A DNA stretch of 63,828 nucleotides, filler included, from Octopus bimaculoides (Eukaryota): assembly GCF_001194135.2 (NCBI RefSeq). It is 5 parts of 4 records of this genome, joined end to end, with 100 filler letters (N's around TTAATTAATTAA, not from the genome) between each part and the next. Parts side by side here need not be neighbours in the genome. Positions count along the whole stretch, not along the records: positions 52,501 to 62,368 come from NC_068983.1; positions 62,469 to 63,828 come from NC_069000.1; 3 more parts are not named here. One strand, given 5' to 3'. Positions 55,900 through 63,828 of this stretch are shown here, one piece after another. Position 1 is the stretch's first letter; every line of letters begins with the position of its first letter. Under the pieces are notes generated by a model, which ran no database searches, was not told where the DNA came from, and was given only the letters and a program-made list of their open reading frames with translations. The position numbers and the translations under genes are program-made.

Positions 55900-56900
55900 A
55901 CTAAAAAGAGAACTCACTTAGCTGAAGAGTTCAAAAAAAGGTCCATATATATAATGTCAGGCAAAAAGACTAACATGTTTAACATCGAGCTCATCACTCG
56001 CCACAAAGTGTTACTGAACTTCCTGCTTAACGCATATAAATGTCCACTGCTCATTCTACAGATAGAAATTAGCAGCGAAGCAGCGGTGGTTGTCAGAAAT
56101 CTCGACGTGGAAGAGGAAGTGGATATTTTTCTTAGACATAAAAGCATCGATAATCATATTGAAGATTCGCACATAACCAATTCAACAGAAACCACAACAA
56201 TGAGCTAACAACCAAGTAACATTATGAAAAAATAAAGCTGCCCTCATCAAAGCTTCAGATCAATAAAACAAACAGGCAGGAATCAATCGTGCAGCCAGTT
56301 TGATACTGACAGCTACCACCGACCACCCGAAAAGAACTCCCCGATAAAGCAGTAGTCTAATCAGTTCAGCAACGTCTCCGAGAAGAAAAAAAGAAGGTCA
56401 TTCTCCGCACCAGAAAATATCTTATTAAACGTCAGAAACACTTTCAAACCATTTGATGAGAGAAGTGGGGGAGGGAGCGTACCACCCCGCAGAAATAAAT
56501 TATTTTTGTTGAACTATTGCTATTACCCACAAAGCACACTAAACTATTATTCAACAAAGGAGTCTTTATAGGAGTGATAACACTCTCATCACTGAAGACA
56601 TGAATTAGAGAGACGCAGGCAAAATATATTTCAAATTTCTACTAAATGAACCTGGTCTGAAATTCTCCATGAATACCAACTCAATATAAGCAAATCTCAA
56701 TAGCTTCAAGTACGCACCATACAAAAATCTCTGATGAAGTAACCTAATACACACTCATATCCTTCTAAAATTTCGCTTCTATGATAAAAAAAAACCTGCC
56801 AGAATACGTCTCATTAGACTCTCCAAACTTCCGCAAAATAAAACATGCTTTACTACAAATCGATACCTAGCCAACGTCATTAAATTATCTTCTTCTAATG
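55900..56900 (+). mobile_element. Very degenerate Penelope-like RT remnant
   Basis: Decayed Q..GL.M...SS.LA pattern and a VDIF (YVDDIF-like) pattern. Confidence 0.3.
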
Positions 56901-57301
56901 GACAATGCATCGGCTTAACCACTAATTAGTTTAATATGCGCCTTAATTAACATTTAAAAACACTTAGAATTCTCAACTGAAGATCTAACATATGACTGGC
57001 ACACTCTGCTATCTGATTATCCAGAAAAAGTAAGACATGGGAACCCGGGATGCCCGAAAAGCAATAAAAATCTACAAAATTCTTCAATGCCGTACACAGA
57101 AGAAAGCATCGGAAAGTTTACTGCAAGAGAATTCCTGATACTCCAATTAACAGAGTAGAACAGCGGGGGGGGGGGNNNNNNNNNNNNNNNNNNNNNNNNN
57201 NNNNNNNNNNNNNNNNNNNNNNNNNNNNNNNNNNNNNNNNNNNNNNNNNNNNNNNNNNNNNNNNNNNNNNNNNNNNNNNNNNNNNNNNNNNNNNNNNNNN
57301 N

Positions 57302-57374
<73 letters not shown>

Positions 57375-57949
57375 GAATTGTGATGAATAATGATGCATGG
57401 TTCTGTGTGAATGTTCAGAACATGACGAAATCTTGGGTAAAACTGACAAAACAGACCTTTAGAATAAATAACCCATGAGATCAACTTGTTTTATGGAAGC
57501 TATTTATTCTCAGTAGGCTCAGTTATTAGTTCTAGCTGTGGCCAACGAAAACTGCCTGCCTCAAAATTCAACGGCAGCAAATCCAAACTCATGCCAGTTG
57601 GTATCAAATATAGAAGTTATTGGAAGAGGTTTAAATCTTCTAGGTTATATTTCCTTTAACAGGGACAAGAATGATTTCTAATTATCTATAATTAGAGCGT
57701 CACGATCGTTAGAAAATATAAATTATAGACATTTACAGATTTGGAGACACTACTTGACAATGTATTGTCACAGACTGGGAGACAAGAATCCACGGGGTGT
57801 CAATGTTTTCTCCAAAAACGTAAGAAATATATCCGATGTAGATGCTAAAATTTTCAAACTAGTTTAGGACGAGCTGCAGTTCACAATCCCTCAATCGCAG
57901 GGAAGGGCAAAGATCCTGATCGAAAGATTGTCATTAATGTTTCTACTAC

Positions 57950-58550
57950 TGACAACGACCACCACCACCCCGAATTTCCCACTTCCACCCCACCAATATC
58001 ATTGTAATCACCGGCAGCAGCAGCATTACTATCACAACCACTCAACACCACCATTAGCGCTACACACTACCACGTACTACGGCCATCACCATCACCAATA
58101 CATACTAGTACCACTTCCTCCACCATCTATACACCACTAGCACACAGCCTCACCAGTCACACTACAGCCGCAACCAGCACATTAACAGCACCACCCTACA
58201 ATCGGCGCCGCGGTTACCATCACCAAAGCCACCATCACCACCACCACCACCACCAGCACCACCACCACCACCAGCAGCACCAGCACCACCACCAGCACCA
58301 CCAACGTGTAGTAGCTCCATTAAAATGCCAGTAAGAAACAGTAGCAATGAAGCTAAATGTTGTGGTTGACTGTGATGGAGATAGTCATCTCTCTCTTAAC
58401 GTTACTATGGAAACGCTCTCATGGAGAAATGGGGAGAGAGAGGATGAACAGAGTGTGGGGTGGGGGAAAGAACAAGAATGAGAGGCAGAATAATAAACAA
58501 GATAGAGGCATCGACATATACACATCTATCTATGGGAATCTGGTGTGGTG

Positions 58551-58608
<58 letters not shown>

Positions 58609-58960
58609 GTATACATATATACACATATTTATACACATATATAAATACACAGACTACTATATACGTACGTGTGGTGTGTGGGTGCGCATATATATACAGA
58701 GAAAGCATTTACGCATAAGCATATGTTAAAATGATGCATGTGTGTGTATGCATGTATGCGCGTATGTAGCTTTTTAGTATGAATGTACGTACGTACGTAC
58801 GGACAGATGTATATATATATGTATGTATATGTATGTATATAGATATAGATATGTTGTTATGTATGTATGTATGTATGTATACGTATCTATCTATATGCAT
58901 TGCATACATACACGCATGTATGCATGTATACATATATACATATATATGTGTGTATGAGCG
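57950..58960. repeat. Low-complexity (ACC)n, (TA)n and (TATG)n region
   Basis: Directly visible. Other di/tetranucleotide tracts at 845-890, 3848-3892, 5460-5530, 38449-38540, 43899-44020, 54177-54292, 61150-61365 and 61850-61975. Confidence 0.9.
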
Positions 58961-59499
58961 TTACGCGTATCGATGCGAACTCTCTCACGCATACAGACAC
59001 ACACACTCACACACAGTAATAGAGTTAAAACAAGTGAATGTGAGAGGGAGGGAGACGCCTCGGTGGAATGGTTGAAAGATGTGCGACAAAGATCAAAGGA
59101 ATGTGCGAATGACATAAATAAAAGAACGCTGTGTGTTCTATTACCATATATGGATGTGTCATTACGAAGGGTAAACTGTAAAATCTCTGGTAATACCATA
59201 AGTTAATTGATTCTGTGATAGAATCGGTCAAGGTTTTACTAAGTATGAGGTCATTGCTATGTCAGCTGAGTCACAGAAGGTTTTCGCTTACATATATTGG
59301 AGCAAATAAAGCTCTTGTATAATTGGTGGTAAATTGTTAGTCATAACACTGATTGAATTAGGATCAGAGGAGGTTTCTCATTTAAATATTTTCGAGGTGA
59401 AAAGTAAACAAAAATTCTTTTTTATATATTCTAATTTTTGCTAGAAGTTTATAAAAAATAATTATAAAATATATTCAGGATACACGACCATATACTGCA

Positions 59500-59670
59500 A
59501 CAGTTTGGTTTTCAAGGGTCCACAACTCTTGAATGTCCCCTCAAAATGCCTGAGAGACCTACATGGTATGGATGTAAGTATAATCAAAGCAAAACTGGAT
59601 CTCTTCCTGTCAAGAGTTCTGGATGAATCTCCCTCACGGCAGGAAATTCACCAAATCTTATAGATGAGAG
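59500..59670 (+). mobile_element. CR1-like LINE 3' end
   Basis: GPQLLNVPSKCLRDLHGMDVSIIKAKLDLFLSRVLDES matches the GP.LFN.LP..LR...FK..LD.FL..VPD ORF2 tail. Confidence 0.65.
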
Positions 59671-60082
59671 ATTTCAAGTAGTGAAAGTGTAGTAAAGCTA
59701 ACGGCAGTGTCCCTGCAAGTAGAATTCTTTAAGAACTACCTTCACCTGCATTTGAACTCTTTCAAACACCGTCCCGAAAAAAGCACTTTATTACTTTCAG
59801 TGAGTACATGAGAGTCTAACGACATTGCAGAGCTTATCTTTGACGCAGTCAATGCATACAATTATAGCCAACAGATGGTGAAACTTGCGTTTGTCTGACA
59901 AATGTCAGCCTGAACCATCTCCACAACAATAAAGGGCAGGAATGTCGAGCTAACCCTAACTCACGGACGAAATAGCATTTCCCCGACAACAGAAAATGCC
60001 GTCCTATATTAGATAATGGGTGACCATCTTGTCTGTTACTTCAACAACTAAGAATCTTCTGATGATTACTATATTTAGTGGT

Positions 60083-60466
60083 GGCGCAATAGCCTAGTGG
60101 TTAGGGCAGCGGACTCGCAGTCATAGGATCGCGGTTTCGATTCCCAGACCGGCCGTTGTGAGTGTTTATTGAGCGAAAACACCTAAAGCTCCATGAGGCT
60201 CCGGCAGGGGATGGTGGCGAACCCTGCTGTACTCTCCCACCACAACTTTCTCTCACTCTTTCATCCTGTTTCTGTTGTACCTGTATTTCAAAGGGTCAGC
60301 CTTGTCACACTGTGTTACACTGTGCCACGCTGAATATCCCCGAGAACTACGTTAAAGGTGCACATGTCTGTGGAGTGCTCAGCCACTTGCACGTTAATAT
60401 CACGAGCAGGCTGTTCCGTTGATCGGATCGACTGGAACCCTCGACGTCGTAAGCGAAGGAATGCCA
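60083..60466 (+). mobile_element. tRNA-derived SINE (family B)
   Basis: Pol III A box TAGCCTAGTGG and B box GGTTTCGATTCC, followed by a non-tRNA body shared with 8869-9160(+) and 41005-41264(-). Confidence 0.85.
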
Positions 60467-61148
60467 ACACACAACACACACTATATTTAATTGTTTAGAA
60501 AGCAGCATGAAATTAGTGTATAGCAATAGTTACATACATGCACACACCCTGCTATTGTCCTCTGCACCATATTCTCTAGCGGTGCATAATGAGTTTCATG
60601 GTGTCGTACAACACCCTACTGTGTAACATTTTCTACCTTATATATTCATTCATAGCAATAATAAGCTAATCTCCGTCGGTTTCAACGTTGTCTCTTGTAG
60701 TTGTTCTATCACCTGACCTGATTACAGATTGAATTATACTATAAAGGACTAAAGGCTACAAAAGCTCATGTATCATTTCAAATAATATTCAATCAGAATA
60801 AGTGTGACACGGTGTGTAACTAAGCTGGCCCCTGAAATTACCGATTCAGTCCATTTACAGGATTCTACATAGTATCCTTGGACTCCGTTTCACTCACAGT
60901 CGTTGGATCGGCCTAAAGCTATGGTATGAGTCACTTTCCGAAGGTGCTACAAATGAGATTAAATCTGGGTTCTCATGGTTACCTTGCAAGCTTCTTAACC
61001 ATTTGGTCAGACCTGTTTTAAGTCCGTATCGTAACACTGTACGCTACAATCATGCTGTATAATGTCTAATACTGCTTACTTTCTCTCATTTTATTTCGTT
61101 TATTTGCTTTCTACCTCCACTTGCCTTTTTCTTACTTTGTCTCTCCCG

Positions 61149-61195
<47 letters not shown>

Positions 61196-61200
61196 ACTGA

Positions 61201-61260
<60 letters not shown>

Positions 61261-61321
61261 GTCTGTCTATCTATCTATCAACCTACCTACCTACATGCAT
61301 ACATACCTACTCGTCTGCGTG

Positions 61322-61367
<46 letters not shown>

Positions 61368-61884
61368 TGTCTGTCTTCACATTTTTTCTTACATGTATAT
61401 ATTTTCCCATTTGTACCTATCTTCATAGGTGCATTAGGTTATGTACCAACAACTTTACGCAAAAACTTAGAAATACCCGGTTTCACGGAAAAAGAGCAAA
61501 GCAAACTGATGGGGATTCCCCTAATCCAATCTATTAATAGCACAGCGGAAATTTATGGCGCTTTCTAGAAATTCTCCATGTGAGATTCTTATATGAATAG
61601 ATGCATACACTTGGGTGTGTGCATCGACAAGTCAACCAACACACCAACTCAGCAACAGATTTTCAAAGAGTGGCAACTCTCTTAAGTCAAAAAGGCTTGT
61701 CGCTTTGTTAGCGACCGGCGTGAAGCCTTTCGCGAACTTAAATAAGATTCAAAGAAAAATCATACATACATAACTGAGGAGGGCAGAATTGAATAACAGC
61801 GGAAGAGATAAAGAGATAACTGAGCAGAAGACAGAGAAGTATGTTATGTGTGCTGTGTGCGTGCGTGTTGTGTGCGTGCGTGTG

Positions 61885-61915
<31 letters not shown>

Positions 61916-61923
61916 TGTGTGTG

Positions 61924-61977
<54 letters not shown>

Positions 61978-62155
61978 AACAGAAGCATCCGGCGTTGCCC
62001 AGGAATGAAATTGTTCCTTATGTATATTAAGAAAAAATCAAATTATGCTGTATTGTAACTTAATTTTCTAAATTTAATTTATTCTTCAATTAGGATACAA
62101 TTTATTCATTAATTGGGAAATCAATTCCGAATTCATAATAATAATAATAATAATG

Positions 62156-62228
<73 letters not shown>

Positions 62229-62236
62229 TAATAATG

Positions 62237-62368
62237 ATAGGAAGCCGGACATAGTCCTAATTGAGAAAGAAAACAAACTATGCTGGATCATAGACATAGC
62301 ATGCTCAGCTGACAAATAGGTATGCGATAAAGAAGAAAGAAAAGTCGAGAGACATGACAGGTTAGCTT
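62237..62368 (+). mobile_element. Dong/R4-like REL fragment
   Basis: RKPDIVLIEKENKLCWIIDIAC directly after (TAA)n. Cut by the scaffold linker. Confidence 0.8.
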
Positions 62369-62468
62369 NNNNNNNNNNNNNNNNNNNNNNNNNNNNNNNN
62401 NNNNNNNNNNNNTTAATTAATTAANNNNNNNNNNNNNNNNNNNNNNNNNNNNNNNNNNNNNNNNNNNN
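62369..62468. other. Artificial scaffold linker
   Basis: 44 N + TTAATTAATTAA + 44 N. Confidence 0.95.
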
Positions 62469-62528
<60 letters not shown>

Positions 62529-62601
62529 CCACCACCATCTATGTTCTTACTAAAGCTATTTAGAGTTCACAATCTTGAACACGTTTTCCTTACATTTACA
62601 G

Positions 62602-62777
62602 AAGAAACGAAGAAGACCGAGTCAAAGCTACGTTTTACCCTCGTTTGCATGATATGTTACCCGAAGCGGATGTCCTTGTTATTGCTTGTCCTTGCACTGA
62701 ACAAACGATGAACTTGATTAGTACAGAAGAATTCCGGTTGATGAAGAAAACTTCACTTTTGGTAAACATCGCTCGAG
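62602..62777 (+). CDS. D-isomer 2-hydroxyacid dehydrogenase (glyoxylate/hydroxypyruvate reductase-like) internal exon (RNEEDRVKATFYPRLHDMLPEADVLVIACPCTEQTMNLISTEEFRLMKKTSLLVNIARG)
   Basis: NAD-binding domain motifs D.L.I.CP.T..T.NLI...F..MK....LVNIARG. ccttacatttacAG acceptor, GTAAGA donor, 176 nt. Confidence 0.9.
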
Positions 62778-63074
62778 GTAAGATAAAACATTATACATGA
62801 AACTTTCCGACTCGTTGCTGTCTGACTTAATGAAATCAGATTGCGGGCCAAAACGTCGGCGGTTTATAATGCGGCATTGTAGTTGTATTAATGGCTAGAT
62901 TGCTGAACTTTCGAATGATGTTAACAGTTATTATAATTAATGTTAGATTGTAACTGAAGTCAATTCCTTTTCTTTGCAATTATAATTTCAAAACCTTCTG
63001 AAATTCCAAACAAGGAAAGTCTTGGTGTCTGCCAAACTGAATAATTAAGGAAATTATGACAGACACAGCTAAGG

Positions 63075-63757
63075 CGCCGTGCACCATGACACAATTCACT
63101 CTGCCAGAAATTTGGTAACATGTTGTACTACTTGGCTCTCACGCCAGGAGCTCCAATACGAACATGTCAATATCAGGTTGTTTGGAGCGACCACTAATGG
63201 TGGCGACGTTATGCCTCCATTCCTCTTCCCACATGGCCTAAGGCTCAACACGAAGACCTACATCAAGTGCCTGGAAGAGGTAGTGCTGCCCTGAGTCAAA
63301 AGGGTGGCTGCTGGAGGACCCTATGTCTGGCAACAAAACTCTGCACCATGCCACACATGTAGGAGAACCCAGTCATGGCTGTCAGGCAATTTCTGCGACA
63401 TCACCGATAACATATGGCCACCTAACTCCCTAGACTGCAACCCTCTTGATGATTATGGTAGGCCGCAATTGAGCGAGAGACCAACAATACTCCTTGTAAC
63501 ACCAAAGATGAACTGAAGACAAGGATTATGGCAGCATTCACCAACTTAAGCAAAGAGACCGTCCAGAAGAGTTGCAGGAGATTCCGAAGTCATCAGGAAG
63601 CCGTGATTAAAGCAATGGCGATTTTATTGAATAAATTTACTCATTAGTATTTCAAGATATTTTTATATAATTTTGGCAAATGTATCTGTTAAAATGAGAT
63701 GTCAGTGTTATTTGCATTTCTGCGTAATCTGGACGACAGTTTATTCATCGCAATCTG

Positions 63758-63760
<3 letters not shown>
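63075..63760 (+). mobile_element. Second maT/DD37D remnant of the same family
   Basis: QQNSAPCHTCRRTQSWL...IWPPNSLDCNPLD. The 5' segment is homologous to 30640-30730. Right terminus near 63757. Confidence 0.75.
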
Positions 63761-63789
<29 letters not shown>

Positions 63790-63828
63790 TGTATGGATGT
63801 ATATACGTACGTATATATATATATATAT

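Noticed and set aside
60083-60155. tRNA gene
   Set aside because: A and B boxes are present, but the sequence continues into a SINE body found three times in the window, and no clean acceptor stem was seen.

Overview
Eukaryotic, AT-rich, microsatellite-dense genomic DNA, most likely from an octopus. This is inferred from the recognisable octopus-type SINE families and the repeat landscape. The window is not one contiguous locus. Four identical 100-bp linkers (44 N + TTAATTAATTAA + 44 N) split it into five joined scaffolds. Protein-coding content found by hand, mostly missed or only partly captured by the ORF track: (1) six phase-consistent minus-strand exons (40170-33621) encoding MIB2-like ankyrin repeats fused to a C-terminal death domain, with an in-frame TGA in the last exon; (2) one Rh-family ammonium transporter exon (45693-45876); (3) one D-2-hydroxyacid dehydrogenase (GRHPR-like) exon (62602-62777). 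The rest is transposon debris: Penelope-like elements (PLEs), Dong/R4-like LINE fragments sitting in (TAA)n tracts, mariner and maT elements, an internally deleted Helitron, CR1/RTE/L1 remnants, SINEs and satellites. The most striking signal is a set of minimal hammerhead ribozyme folds in three different PLE-type terminal repeats, each with a different catalytic core: UUGAGAA (compensatory U3:A8) at 17469-17511, canonical CUGAUGA at 51401-51445 (minus strand), and CCGAUGA at 30471-30516. All calls are manual; no database searches or folding programs were run.
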